A stretch of DNA of 63,981 bases, the filler included, from Octopus bimaculoides (taxonomy: Eukaryota): the NCBI RefSeq assembly GCF_001194135.2. It is 5 parts of 5 records of this genome, joined end to end, with 100 filler letters (N's around TTAATTAATTAA, not from the genome) between each part and the next. Parts side by side here need not be neighbours in the genome. Positions count along the whole stretch, not along the records: positions 1 to 16,993 come from NC_068997.1; positions 17,094 to 39,989 come from NC_069000.1; 3 more parts are not named here. One strand, written 5' to 3'. Within the stretch, counting starts at the first letter, position 1, and each line of letters opens with the position of its first letter. Shown here one piece after another: positions 12,717 through 25,200 of this stretch. Both the position numbers and the translations under genes were made by a program. The notes under the pieces were generated by a model. The model saw only the letters and a list, made by a program, of their open reading frames with translations. It had not been told where the DNA came from and made no database searches.

Positions 12717-13099
12717 TACGCAGTAATCGTCAAAATTCTAATCTGATGGTGTATCAGACCAATTAAGCTAGTCCAGTAAACTGAGAATAGCGTCCGTTAG
12801 AAGTACAGTCGACGAGTCTTTAAATATGTACTTTATGAAGTTATGCTCGACATTGATGTAAATACATTATAGTGGAAGAATATTTCGTCATTATATCGAG
12901 TCCATATAGTCGTAAATATGTACTATGAGAATGTAACTTTACCCACATTATTTAATGTAACCTTTAAGATAGTATGAAGTGGGGTAAGTGAGGTTTGGCT
13001 GCTATTTCTAGAAGTGTAACAGACCACATAGAGGCTACCATTTTGATTCGTTGTCTTCTTTCCTGATTTGCGCTGCGTCAATTTACTTTATACTCAACA

Positions 13100-13114
13100 C
13101 ACTCACGCACGCAC

Positions 13115-13196
<82 letters not shown>

Positions 13197-13370
13197 CACG
13201 CACGCACGCACACACGCGCACACACACACGTCCACACACGCACACCTCCACCCACACCTCCACCCACACCTCCACCCACACACATATATACATCTCCACA
13301 CGCATACACTCCTTCACAGAGAGTGAATGAGAGTGAGAGTGAAAGAGAGAGAGAGAGAGGAGAAGTGATG
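13100..13370 (+). repeat. (CA)n / CACACCTCCACC / (GA)n compound microsatellite
   Basis: Direct repeats. Confidence 0.9.
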
Positions 13371-14585
13371 GAAGGAGAGAAGGAGAAAGTGAGATAGCGA
13401 GGGAACATCTTCGTTGTTGCCTGACCTGCAAAAAACAGTAGCCAAATGACTCTCAGATGACCCCGTACTGTCTTAAAATGGAAGCAACGCATTGGATTAG
13501 ATAATATGCTGCTGGACAGACAATGACTAGATGAACGATGGTCATTGCTGTAACGCCTTTGATCGTAAATTTGCTGAATCTCGGATGACCTATGGTGCAA
13601 AACAGCAGCAGCAGCAACAACAACAACAACTGCAACAGTACCATCGTTTGCATAAGTTTCCATGTATTACTCATAGGTCTATCTTCCTAAATATCCCCTC
13701 CCAACAAAAAAAAAACAAAAAAATCTACGTCTTTACTAAACCATATAATTTCTCTCTCCATCTCCGCTATTACAAGAGTTTCCATTCCGTAGTTACCAAC
13801 ATTAATTAAACACTCAACCAATGAACCAGAAGCGGTTCCTCCGCGTGATCGCTGAAACTGCCAGAAATAGTAGAAAATAGCCACCTCAAATCACCGCCTG
13901 GTTCTCTTGAAAATGGACGCGTTGAATAATGTAGTATGGGATGCATTATTAGTGGAGAGAATGTACATAGCATAGAAATGGATTGGATAATCAGGAGTCA
14001 GCTCAAGCAAGGCGGACTTTGAGCTAAACAATAACAACGACAATAGTAATAACAACCACAAGGACAATAACGACAGCGACAAGACAACAACAACAACAAC
14101 TACTACTACTACTACGACGACGACGACGACGACGACAGTAACAATAAAATCAATACTGAACCAATTGCAAGATTGCTCTGATCTCAGTACTCTGTTCTAT
14201 CCTCACTATGTCTGCTACATTGGTCCCTGTTATTCTGGTTTTGCCAATTGTTTATCGGCCCCATCACTTAAAAGAAATCCACTTGGTGAAGATCCCTTTC
14301 TCCTACCTAACCTGCTTGACCCCTGGTAGCCCTAACTTTATGAACCTTGCGCTAAAATCCTTGCTCAATTTTTGCTGTTCAGAACTGCATCCGACTGGGG
14401 ATGCTTTACGGATGAGTAATAAGCTAAGCTGGGAAGAGAGAAGACATCGTATATTGCTCAATCCAAGACATTGTCGACCGGTCATATACAAACAAGTGAA
14501 ACATCACAACACCAGCAATGTTCAGACTAAAATTATCAGCAAAAGACATATATTTTGTTTAATTTCTAATATTTTTATATAACAT

Positions 14586-14974
14586 GTGGAGGCGCAATGG
14601 CCCAGTGGTTAGTTCAGCGGACTCGCGGTCATAGGATCGCGGTTTCGATTCCCAGACCGGGCGTTGTGAGTGTTTATTGAGCGAAAAACACCTAAAGCTC
14701 CACGAGGCTCCGGCAGAGGATGGTGGCGAACCCTGCTGTACTCTTTCACCACAACTTTCTCTTACTCTTACTTCCTGTTTCTGTTGTACCTGTAATTCAA
14801 AGAGTCAGCCTTGTCAAACTGTGTCACGCTGAATATCCCCGAGAACTAAGTTAAGGGTACACGTGTCTGTGGAGTGCTCAGCCACTTGCACGTTGATTTC
14901 ACGAGCAGGCTGTTCTGTTGATCGGATCAACTGGAACCGTCGACGTCGTAAGCGGCGGAGTGCCAACAACAACA
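14586..14974 (+). mobile_element. Full-length tRNA-derived SINE family D with 9-bp TSD
   Basis: A-box TGGCCCAGTGG (14598-14608), B-box GGTTTCGATTCCC (14641-14653), (CAA)n tail; TSD ATATAACAT at 14577-14585 and 14975-14983. Confidence 0.92.
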
Positions 14975-15253
14975 ATATAACATATTGCCTGTTCAGCAGT
15001 CATTTCCTTTTCTCTTTTAGGTGACTGTACAATTTATTTGTTTTTTAGAGTGAGCGGGATAATGGATTCGATTTATATGTATGTATGTGTATCATTTAGG
15101 CCGGTTGAATGGTCGGTTAGTCTGGAATTGCTCCGGCGTGCAGCCACTTCTTCAGCTAGGCCAGTTTGAACTTGTCTGACTCGACCGACCGAAAAAAAAG
15201 TATTGCAATCTACTTTTGTATTGAGTACTTCTACACCGAATCGTTATTTAACA

Positions 15254-15287
<34 letters not shown>

Positions 15288-16140
15288 CATAAAGACATGT
15301 ATTTGTATTTGTCTGCGTGTGTGTGCGTAAATACACACACATACACACAGATATACGTGTGTAAATATATGTATATGTGTGTGCATGGCTGTATATGTCT
15401 GTGTCTGTGTGTGTACTTGATCACCACTCCTTGTTTCAACTTAACCTTATTATGTATTTGTTTATCCGAATTATCTGCTTAATCCAGCAGTCTGTGTATC
15501 ATTGATCAGTTGTTGTCCTGTGTGATCGATAACTGCTGCTTGCAACAGGTTGTTAGTAGTTAGTTGAGAAAAGGGGTCAATAAAATGTTTGTCCATTTGT
15601 TCCAGGCTAGGTGAGTGTCTCCCCACGACTGTCTCTCCGCTCTATTGAAGCGGAAACCATTTCTGGATTGATTCAATTATGATCTGTATTGGTTTTTTTT
15701 TTATCGGTGATAGCGGCGTTGGCGGCGATGGCGGCGATGGCGGTGATGGCGGCGATGGCGGTGATGGCGGCGGTGTTGTTTATCGTTCATGTAATTGTTA
15801 TTTATATTGTTGTTGTTGTTGCCAGACTTTGATGTTGTAGTTAGTCTTCAATTATAATTCTATTCACGTCTGGGATACATTATAGAATCATTAAACCGAC
15901 CCTAGTATTTGAACATGTACTTTCTTTTATCGACTCTAGACGGATAAAGGAAGGTAGATTTGACTTTAGCAGGATTTGAACTCAGAGCATAAAAGCTGAT
16001 TCAAAATATTGTAAACATTTTACTCGAATTTCTAACGAATCCTTCCAATCCTCCATATATTAATTGCTGCGTTGTTAATCCTTAAATCAGTTCTACTCAG
16101 CCGGTTCTACGATGAAAAGCTTTCTAGTCATGACCATCGA

Positions 16141-16377
16141 TATAAGCATATAGAAACAAGTGAGTAATTGAGCAAATGAGCAAATGAGCAGATTGTCACT
16201 AAAACCGAGTAGGTATAACACTGAAGAGATGAAGATAACCTAGAAGATTTCGTTGCCTCTTGACAGAAACGGCCGTAAGGAACTAGCAGCCGCATACCCT
16301 CTCGGTTTTAGTGACAATCTGATCATTTTCCCATTTGCTCATCTGCTCAATTACTCACTTGTTCCTATCTGCTTATA
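16141..16377. mobile_element. Foldback MITE
   Basis: Arms 16141-16209 and 16301-16377 (TATAAGCA...ACTAAAACCGAG / CTCGGTTTTAGT...TGCTTATA). Confidence 0.8.
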
Positions 16378-16879
16378 TGCTTCCACACTCTTGCTTATGC
16401 AATTACCAACTCTTTCTACTTGATGATCTATACCACTAATACATGTGTGTTGATTCATCCAATACATTTGAATAAATAGACATACTGGAATGTTTACCAG
16501 CTGGTGTCTGTCAATTTTATATCCGCTCCACTTTCTTATTTGCCGTATAAATAAAAGGTAAACCACTTTTTACCCCCGCCCAAGTATAATACTCAATTGC
16601 GAGATTACCATGCAATAACTAGCACTTAGGCATGAATAATTGGATACACTACCAGTAGTATATTGGATAGGTATAGCCCCTCAGTTGATTTCTCAACCTC
16701 TAACTCACAGAAATATATATATTTATTTCTAACAAAACTGTCCGATGAACGGGAACGTGAAACTCAGAGTAACAGTCTTTTGTTATATTTCTGCTGCTTT
16801 TAAATAAAGCATATTACTCTACCTCTGGTATTTGAGTACTCTTTTTTCCACCTTGTTGCACATTTTATGTGCTTACTCC

Positions 16880-16914
<35 letters not shown>

Positions 16915-16993
16915 CAGCTAATTATTTACCCTGGGTATTCAGGCCTTTTTCCTTCTTTATAAGCTATTTTTGATTTAAGATTTTCTTCGATTT

Positions 16994-17093
16994 NNNNNNN
17001 NNNNNNNNNNNNNNNNNNNNNNNNNNNNNNNNNNNNNTTAATTAATTAANNNNNNNNNNNNNNNNNNNNNNNNNNNNNNNNNNNNNNNNNNNN
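16994..17093. other. Synthetic scaffold-join linker (44 N + TTAATTAATTAA + 44 N)
   Basis: 12-mer at 17038-17049 with stops in all six frames, centred in exactly 100 nt; identical structure four times. Confidence 0.95.
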
Positions 17094-17388
17094 GTAAGTG
17101 GATTTGATAGACGGAAACTGAAAGAAGCCTGTCGTATATATGTATATATATATACATATATGTATATGTGTGTATATGTTTGTGTGTCTGTGTTTGTCCC
17201 CCCCCCAACATCGCTTGACAACCGATGGGGGAATGTTTAGGTCCCCGTAACTTAGCGGTTCGGCAAAAGAGACCGATAGAATAAGTACTAGGCATCCAAA
17301 GAATAAGTCCTGGGGTCGATTTGCTCGACTAAAGGCGGTGCTCCAGCATGGCCGCAGTTAAATGACTGAAACAAGTAAAAGAGTAAGA
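17094..17388 (+). mobile_element. Young SINE family A (head lost in the gap)
   Basis: Near-consensus, CpGs intact; immediately followed by an old CpG-depleted copy at about 17400-17590. Confidence 0.85.
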
Positions 17389-18544
17389 GTATATATCTTC
17401 ATGTGTATGTGTGTGTGTTTTTATGCTTATGTTTGTTGCCCACCACTCGACAACCAATGTTGGTTTGTTTATAACCCTGTAATTTAGCAGCTCAACAAAG
17501 GAGACCAACAGAACGAGTACCACACTAAACCTATGAAAGTAGTGCCCCAGCATGACCACAATCTAATAATTGAAGCAAATAAAAGATAAAATAGCTAATA
17601 GCTATACTTTAGCAATTAGATGTCTAGGCTGCACCCAAATGTTCAACTGGCTTCCTCTGGTTTATAAGGCTGCCTAAACACACATAACTAAGGTTACTCT
17701 ACAACAGGAGTGAGGAACCTATTTTTAGCCCTGGGAGTAGACTGAAAGTGCATTAGTACCTAAGAAGATATGGCGTACTGTGAAATATAATGAAATCTTT
17801 TATTCTTTGATTGAGTTTAGGCATTGAACTGTGACCAAGTTGGAATGCTGTTTTCAAAGGTTTTATAATTAATTATATCAGCCCTATTACCTTGTCTGGT
17901 TTGCATTTTGTCTACCTCTAAGTTCACATAATGGGTTTACGTCCTTTGAAAGATCATCATGCTACAGCAATTTACTCTCACACACGTACACAAGCACAAA
18001 AGGGATAAGCTTTTGCATAGTTTTTTAAGCTACTATATTTCACTGGTAAAGTATTAGTTATTCAGAGATTATAATAATAATAATAATAATGAACTTATTA
18101 CAGTACTCAGGTGCACTACAACACATCAGAAAAAGTAACCAACACTTCATGAACAGTACATAGAAAGAGTATGCACAGGAAGTGAACAGTGATAAAGTCT
18201 TTAAAAAGAAGGTGTACTTACTGTTGGCGAATTTCAGGAAGCATGGAAGATGTAGGTAGTTTATTCCATGCTTCAGCTATTCTGAGCACGTAAAAAAAAA
18301 TTTTTTTTAATTGGTAGAAGACATTTGACCAAAGTCTCAAGCAGTGGGATTGAACCCAGACCATGTGGTTAAAAAAAATGAATGTTGCTAATGAGTGTAT
18401 ATGATTTGTACACACATTTTAGTACATTCGTACTCACTTATGTACTTGTTTTTAATTCAAAACAACAATATCTAATATTTAATCCTGGCATGCATTTCTA
18501 AATATTCTATTAAAAGCGGAAAAAAATATTGGTCTAAAAATTTT

Positions 18545-18745
18545 GATACAAGGCCAACAATTTTGAGGGAAGGCAGCTTGTCAATTATATCAACCCCATT
18601 ATGCAACTGTTCATTATTTTATTGACCCCAAAAGGATGAAATGCAAAGTCAACCCCAGCAGAATTTAAACTGAGAATGTAACGATGAATGAAATGCTGCT
18701 AAGCATTTTGCTTGGTGTACTAACAATTCAGCCAGCTTGTTGCTT
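18545..18745 (-). mobile_element. Old SINE family B
   Basis: ATTGACCCCAAAAGGATGAAATGCAAAGTCAAC...; CpGs decayed. Confidence 0.7.
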
Positions 18746-19271
18746 TAAAGGGAAAGAAAGTATTGATATGTTTTAAAGTGGTTTCTTCAAGTTTTTTAAG
18801 CTATTTCATTTATTTATCCATACACATCTTTACAATATAAAATGTACTGATTGAATTAATAGTCATGATTTTAGCATCTCTGTTTAACAGAGACTGGGCA
18901 AGATTTAAATTCAGTATCTCAACCACTCATGAACATTGCTTACAAACTCAAAAAGCAGTGGAGGACCCATGACTTTTGGAAACAATTTTTTTCACGCTCA
19001 GAATTATTGAAGCATGGAACAAACTACCTACATTATATGTTAGCTGTTAGGATAGCTTTGTAAGTATTCTGTGGGTGCCAGTCTGCTGCATCCAGAGATT
19101 ATATGATTGATTGTCTCTTGGACTACTACTACTACCAGAAATCATGATAGCCCCAAATACTTGATGCTATAGCCACCAAATTGGATATTACAGTTTTGGA
19201 TACAGTTGTGCAGGAAAAAGAGGGGATGGTTAAAGCTGGAATTTCCTTAATCATAGGTCTACTTGATAAAA

Positions 19272-19589
19272 CTTGCTACTAAACAAGTTACAGAGATGTA
19301 AACAAACCAACACTGGTTGTCAAGTGTTGGTAGGGGACAAACATTTACACACACACACACACACACGCGCACTTGTATATAATGGACTTCTTTGGTCAGT
19401 CCAGGCTATAGTAGAAGACACTTGCCCAAGGTGTCATGCAGTGGCACCTTGGGGGAAATGTCTCCTACTATAATGCCTTGTACTATAGTATCCTCTACTA
19501 AGTGTCTTCTACCATAGTGTCTTGGGCAGTGGAACTAAACCTGGAACCATGTGGTTGGGAAGCAAATTTCTTACCACACACCTACACCT
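19272..19589 (-). mobile_element. Old SINE family A
   Basis: GGAACCATGTGGTTGGGAAGCAAATTTCTTACCACAC head in reverse orientation. Confidence 0.75.
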
Positions 19590-19591
19590 GA

Positions 19592-19905
19592 CGTGGAGGC
19601 ACATGACCTAGTGGTTAGAGCAGCGGACTCGTGGTTGAGGGATCACAGGTTTGAATCTCAGGCCAGGCAATGTGTGTGTTTATGAGCGAAACACCTAAGC
19701 TCCACGTGGCTCTGGCAGAAGGTAATGGCAAACTTCTGCTGACTCTTTCCCCACAACTTTCTCTCACTCTTTCCTACTGCATCTAGCAGCTCACCTGTGA
19801 CGGACTGGGCATCCTATCCAGGTATGGAACCTATATGCCAATGAAACTGGGGAAACTAGCCCTTATGAGCCAGGTATGGCTCAAGAAGGAACAAACAACA
19901 ACAGC
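19592..19905 (+). mobile_element. SINE with a family D head and a different 3' half
   Basis: About the first 190 nt align with 14586 onward; it then diverges to ...CCCTTATGAGCCAGGTATGGCTCAAGAAGGAACAAACAACA. Confidence 0.75.
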
Positions 19906-21195
19906 ACACCTGATATAAACTTTTTCTTCTTAGACCAACTCATAGAATACTAAAATAATTTATTTATTGTAAACTAGACAAAATATACTTCTTAGGAATC
20001 AAAAGTAATTTTTTTTTGTTTTGTTTTATCTAAATATACTTTGATTTGACTGTTTGGTTTCTTATCTAGCTCCTTGTTTCCCCCTTTTTTTAATTCAGCG
20101 AAGATTCACAAAACTCAGAATAACAACAGAGAGTAATCTAGCACTATAGTAAATAATTACTCTACTTCTCTATTGATTACCTTTTTTCTTGTTTGTAAAT
20201 TCAGATACACCTATAGCTATTTATCATAACTTTACTTTAATGGCAAGTTATCAAAAGTAGGTCAAGCAGTGAAGAGTAAATATTTGGAGGATGAAAGATA
20301 CTAAAAGCTGGGAGATAATAAAATAATTGCTTCTATTTACTAAGAGTAAAAAAAAAAAAAGACAAAAATGTATGTATATAGGTACAGGTATGGTTGTGTG
20401 GTAAGAAGTTTGCTTCCCAACCACATGGTTCTGGGTTCAGTTCCACCACTGCGTGGCATCCTGGATGAGTGTCTTCTATTATAGTTCCAGGCAGACCAAA
20501 GCCTTGTCAGTGGATTTCATAGATGGAAACTGAAAGTTATCTGTTGTCGTCCTCGTCGTTTAACGTCCGCTTTCCATGCTAGCATGGGTTGAACGATTTG
20601 ACTGAGGACTGGTGAAACCAGATGGCTACACCAGGTTCCAATCTGATTTGGCAGAGTTTATATATATANNNNNNNNNNNNNNNNNNNNNNNNNNNNNNNN
20701 NNNNNNNNNNNNNNNNNNNNNNNNNNNNNNNNNNNNNNNNNNNNNNNNNNNNNNNNNNNNNNNNNNNNNNNNNNNNNNNNNNNNNNNNNNNNNNNNNNNN
20801 NNNNNNNNNNNNACAATTGTTGTGATTAGTAATAAGTTCTCGTATATTCTATCTTCCGTCTTTCATTTGCCATATATGTGTGTGTGACTTTTTTTTTAAT
20901 ATTTTCCGTTGGTTGAGGGTAGGTACAGCTCATGAGGTTTGTGGGGCCTTTGAGATGGGTGACACTGATATGGTTGGTGTTGAGTGCGGATTTTGTTGGT
21001 TGAAGTCTGCAAGAAAAATGTAGCAGGAGGGAGTAAGGGGTGTGTGTGTGTGTGTGTGGAATTTTAGAGGATTGTAGTTCTAGGAACAAACGATGGCCTC
21101 AACAATTAGTGTGGAATCTGGGAGGATGGTGAGAGGAAGAGATGGTGTGCTGACTGAAGTGAATATGCAGATGGTTAGCCGAAATAGAGCAGATG

Positions 21196-21367
21196 GTATT
21201 GTTGTAGTAGTAGTAGTAGTAGCAGTGGTAGCAGCAGCAAGAGTAGTAGTAGTAGTAGTAGTAGTAGCAGTAGCAGCAGCAGCAGTAGTAGTAGTAGTAG
21301 TTGTTGTAGTAGTAGTAGCAGCAGCAACAGCGGTAGCAGCAGCAGCAGTAGTAGTAGTAGCAACAAC

Positions 21368-21408
<41 letters not shown>

Positions 21409-21410
21409 AA
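21196..21410 (+). repeat. (AGT)n/(AGC)n microsatellite
   Basis: Direct trinucleotide runs. Confidence 0.95.
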
Positions 21411-21634
21411 GCTGAGAGAAGAATCTGTAAATCAATGGTTATAGCATAATGGAGAAGCAATCTTTACCAAACAACCAATCATAAAATGGCTTTTGAATTT
21501 GTTCTCTATATCAGTATTTTTATGTTTGAAATTTGGTCAGAAATAAAATATTAATTTCCTCTCAGAATCATATAATAACTTTTTCCATTTATAAATATTT
21601 GCAACAGAGACAGTAATAACACCAAGAGGTAATA

Positions 21635-22052
21635 TTTATCCCCACTTAAATGTGGATGTGCTGTTAGAACAAACTATACTGCAGTAGGTACCACGAGAGA
21701 ACTTCTCATATTGGCTTTTGGTGCAAAACGCACTCAAGGACAGTTTAGGCATGGGTTTTGCTCTTCCAAATGCCAACCGCTTTACAGTGTGGACTAGCTG
21801 CTTTTTATACGGCACCAGCACTGGCAGGGTCACCAAGTAACTTGCAAGACAAAGAATATTTGAGAGAGGAAGGGGCATTGAAGGAGGTGGTCTTAGATGA
21901 GGAAAGGTTACAGTGTGACTGAGAGAGAAACATCAATAGCATATAAACAAGAGTACATTTTTGCACCAAAAGCCAATATGTGAGTTTCCCTCATGGTATC
22001 TACCACAGTATAGCTTGTTCTAACAGAACATCCATGTTTATGTGGGGATAAA
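21635..22052. mobile_element. Foldback MITE with a SINE fragment in the loop
   Basis: Arms of about 100 bp at 21635-21735 and 21951-22052 (TTTATCCCCAC...GGTGCAAAACGCACTC / GAGTACATTTTTGCACC...GTGGGGATAAA). Confidence 0.8.
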
Positions 22053-22313
22053 TCTTTTTGTTTTTGATTTTTAAAAAGCATCCAGTTCAGGAGTAAATTT
22101 GATTGGCACTTTTTAAAAAAAAATTTTGATTAACATGACTTGTAGATATAATAACTTTAAGCATAGACTATAATGTTACAATGATATTAGGTCTCAACCA
22201 ACTGGTTAGGTCTGACCAATGAGAGAAGCTCTAAGTGATCACTCAACCTGTTAGAAATATCAAACAAATCTGTGAACGACATCTTACTATCTTTAATAAG
22301 AGCAAGAAAATAT

Positions 22314-22490
22314 CATCATCATCATCATCATCATTTAATGTCTGTTGTCCATGCTGGCATGGGTTGGACAATTTGACCAGAGCTGGCAGCTGGGGAACTG
22401 CACCAGGCTCCAGCCTGATTTGGCATGGTTTCTATAGCTGGATGCCCTTCCTAACACCAACTACTTTACAGAGTGTGCTGGGAACTGCAT
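22314..22490 (-). mobile_element. SINE family E 3' part with (GAT)n tail
   Basis: (ATC)n followed by CCATGCTGGCATGGGTTGG...CTGGATGCCCTTCCTAACACCAAC; related pieces at 20545-20660, 34890-35110 and 63395-63435. Confidence 0.7.
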
Positions 22491-22491
22491 G

Positions 22492-22600
22492 GGCACTTTT
22501 ATGTGACACTGCATAGGCACGTTTATGTGACACTGCATAGGCACTTTTGCGTGACACTGCATGAGTGCTTTTGCATGACACCACACAGGTGCTTTTATGT
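22492..22600 (+). repeat. 24-bp minisatellite (GGCACTTTTATGTGACACTGCATA, about 4.5 units)
   Basis: Head-to-tail units with a divergence gradient and no spacers. Confidence 0.85.
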
Positions 22601-23519
22601 GGAAATCCAAGACACAATGTTTGACTCTGAGATTGGATGGCCATAACTGGAATGCCTTTGATCATAGGTTTTTGTACATTTGTTTATAAACACTAAAAAC
22701 CAGAGGGTCTTAGACACTTTCTAAAATTTATGCTGAGAATTCTGTTTTTATTTCAATTTTACTATACTAGATGATTCAATGGGAGACATTCTGAACAATG
22801 GGAGGTTAAGAAATTTGCTTCCTGACTATATACTTCTGGGTTCAATCTCACTGTGCAGTATTTTACTAAAGCTTCCGGTTGACCAAAGACTTGTCAGTGG
22901 AGTTTGATTGACCTGTCAGATGAGAGACAGTTCCTGTTCTTGGGTGGAATATATAATTTGTTGCTTGGTCTAATACCACCACTATGACCACCACGACCAC
23001 CATCTGCAAGCATTTAAACAAGGTCTCAAAGTCTGAGAATAACTTCACCATTTCCTTCCACATGTCTCAGCACCTTTAGAAATGATGATGGAAAACTGTT
23101 CTTCCTCTGACATTTTTGACTGCAAGAAAAAAGAAAAACCCCACTGTCGTTGGTAAATCTGCTATATTAAAAGCTATTACTTTTGGATTAATCTTAATAA
23201 TGGCTATGGGTACAATTTAATCATAGGGCATTTAAGGATATCATCAATTTACATCTTTGTTCATCTGTGTGTGATTGTGTGTGTGTGTATGTGTGCACAT
23301 AAGCCTGCTTGCTTCCTATATGGTAAGTTCTGTAACCCATTTTAACATAAAGGCATCTGTTGAAGACTTTGTCTTTAGAAAATGTATCTGGAACAAAATC
23401 AATTCACTAAAATGTATTTCCTTCCAGGAATTCAACTACAGAAGTTGGATTCAGTTTTGACATTTTATCTCTACTTTAAATTGTTGCTGTTTGCTGTAGG
23501 AAATTGTTCCTATACATAT

Positions 23520-23672
23520 ATGCGGGTGTCGCTTTGTGGTAAGAAGTTTACTTTCCAATCACATGGTTCTGGGTTCAGTCCCATTGAGTGGCACCTTGGG
23601 AAAACATCTTCTACTATAGCCCCAGACTAATCAAAGCCTTGTGAGTGGATTTGGTAAACAGAAACTGAAAGA

Positions 23673-23770
<98 letters not shown>

Positions 23771-24045
23771 TGTATGTATAAGTATGTATCTATGTGTGTG
23801 TGTGTGTGTGTGTTTGTGTATTTGTGTTTGTTCCTCACCACTTTGACAGCCAGTGTTGGTTTATTTATATCCCTGTAACTTAGCAATTTGACATTTTAAG
23901 ACTGATAGAATAATACAGGCTTCAAAAAAAAAAAAAAAAAAAATGAATACTGTAGTCAATTCATTTAGCTAAAGACCTTCAAGGTAGTGCCCCAACATGA
24001 CCGCAATCCAATGACTAAAGCAAGTAGAAGATAAAAGAAAAAGAT
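23520..24045 (+). mobile_element. Old SINE family A with an expanded internal (CA)n
   Basis: Head, GTGAGTGGATTTGG core, long (CA)n at 23676-23770, then tail. Confidence 0.75.
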
Positions 24046-24544
24046 TATGATACCTTTCTTTAGCTAAATGGAGTGACCCATTTGAAAGTTAACTATGTTG
24101 GCCATGCACGCAACACAACATTGGTAGCAGACTATGACTTTTACTCCTTACTTGCTAATTGCCATCTAATAGACTCAAGACTTCCAAACCATTTATAGTC
24201 CGACTGATCTAAATAATATTTATTACACAAATAAATTTAGTGCATGCTGCATTTAATTTTCTTCAATTATTTCCTGATATACTTTAATTAATTGAGTGTG
24301 GTAACTTGATAAATTTGGTATTTCTGCTGTGCGTTTGACTTCTGTACATTTTTCAGAAAATAGAATAATTTACTCTGTCATCGTCAACGACATTAAAATT
24401 ACAAGGTTATTAATTACTTATTTATTTCTGTGCAAGTTAGAAACAGTTGTAGTTATTTCGGTTATAATTGATTAAATATGCTGTTTTTTTAAGTCATTAT
24501 CAGAAGACAGGATGAAAGATCAGCAAGTAAATATTATTCTTTTC

Positions 24545-24950
24545 TACTCTGGGCACAAGACCCAAAATTTTGGGGGAGGGGGCAGTCAATTAGATCGACT
24601 CCAGTACGCAACTGGTACTTAATTTATTGACCCCCAAAGGATGAAAGGCAAAGTCGACTTCGACTGAATTTGAACTCAGAACGTAAAGACAGACGAAATA
24701 CCGCTAAACATTTCACCCAGTGTTCTAACATTTCTTATTCTGCTGAGGTCAACATTACCTTTCTTTCTTTTGGGGTTAATAAAATAAGTACCAGTTGAAC
24801 ATTGGGGGTCGATGTAATTGACTTACTCCTTCCCTCACCTTTCGTACTTTCTGGGTTGATAAAATAAGTACCAGTGGATCACTGGGGTTGATGTAATCAA
24901 CTTATTCCCTCCCCCAAATTGCTGGCCTTGTGCCAAAATTTGAAACTATT
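24545..24950. mobile_element. Cluster of SINE family B copies (one minus, then plus fragments)
   Basis: GGATGAAAGGCAAAGTCGAC (minus) followed by CCTTTCTTTCTTTTGGGGTTAATAAAATAAGTACCAG (plus). Confidence 0.7.
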
Positions 24951-25022
24951 GTTGTTGTTGTTGTTGCTTTTTTTGTTAGTGTTTGTATTTTATTTCTTAC
25001 ATTTTTTTTTTTAAAATTTCAG

Positions 25023-25200
25023 ATAAAAGACTGTGTGGTCAAGTGAATTCGATAGTACACTTCCCTGGCACATAAAAGTTCAATTTTTTTTAAAGCTAAA
25101 CTTTTGTCAACTTTTGGCGTTGTGGTTATACACTTCGAAGTAAAAGCTGTTTCTACATTATTCGTATTTCACATGACGAGACTGTGAAGAAAGTTCAAAT
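25023..25200 (+). other. 5' UTR part of the first coding exon of the SLC16/MCT gene
   Basis: T-rich tract ending TTTCAG (AG at 25021-25022). An in-frame TGA at 25174-25176 upstream of ATG 25201 supports that ATG as the start. An upstream non-coding exon is implied but was not located. Confidence 0.6.

Noticed and set aside
13531-13809. Poly-Q ORF (MNDGHCC...QQQQQ)
   Set aside because: Short (CAG/CAA)n tract with no recognisable domain or convincing splice sites.
14598-14670. Functional tRNA gene at the family D head
   Set aside because: A and B boxes are present, but it is continuous with a SINE body, tail and TSD, so it is a SINE promoter.
17038-17049. TTAATTAA (PacI-like or homeodomain) palindrome as a biological element
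   Set aside because: Always centred in exactly 44+44 N, so it is synthetic.
21080-21460. Poly-Thr/Val/Leu ORFs resembling mucins or membrane proteins
   Set aside because: A pure (AGT/AGC)n microsatellite is open in several frames on both strands.
22492-22600. 24-bp repeats as a CRISPR-like array
   Set aside because: Contiguous units without unique spacers, no cas genes, eukaryotic context.
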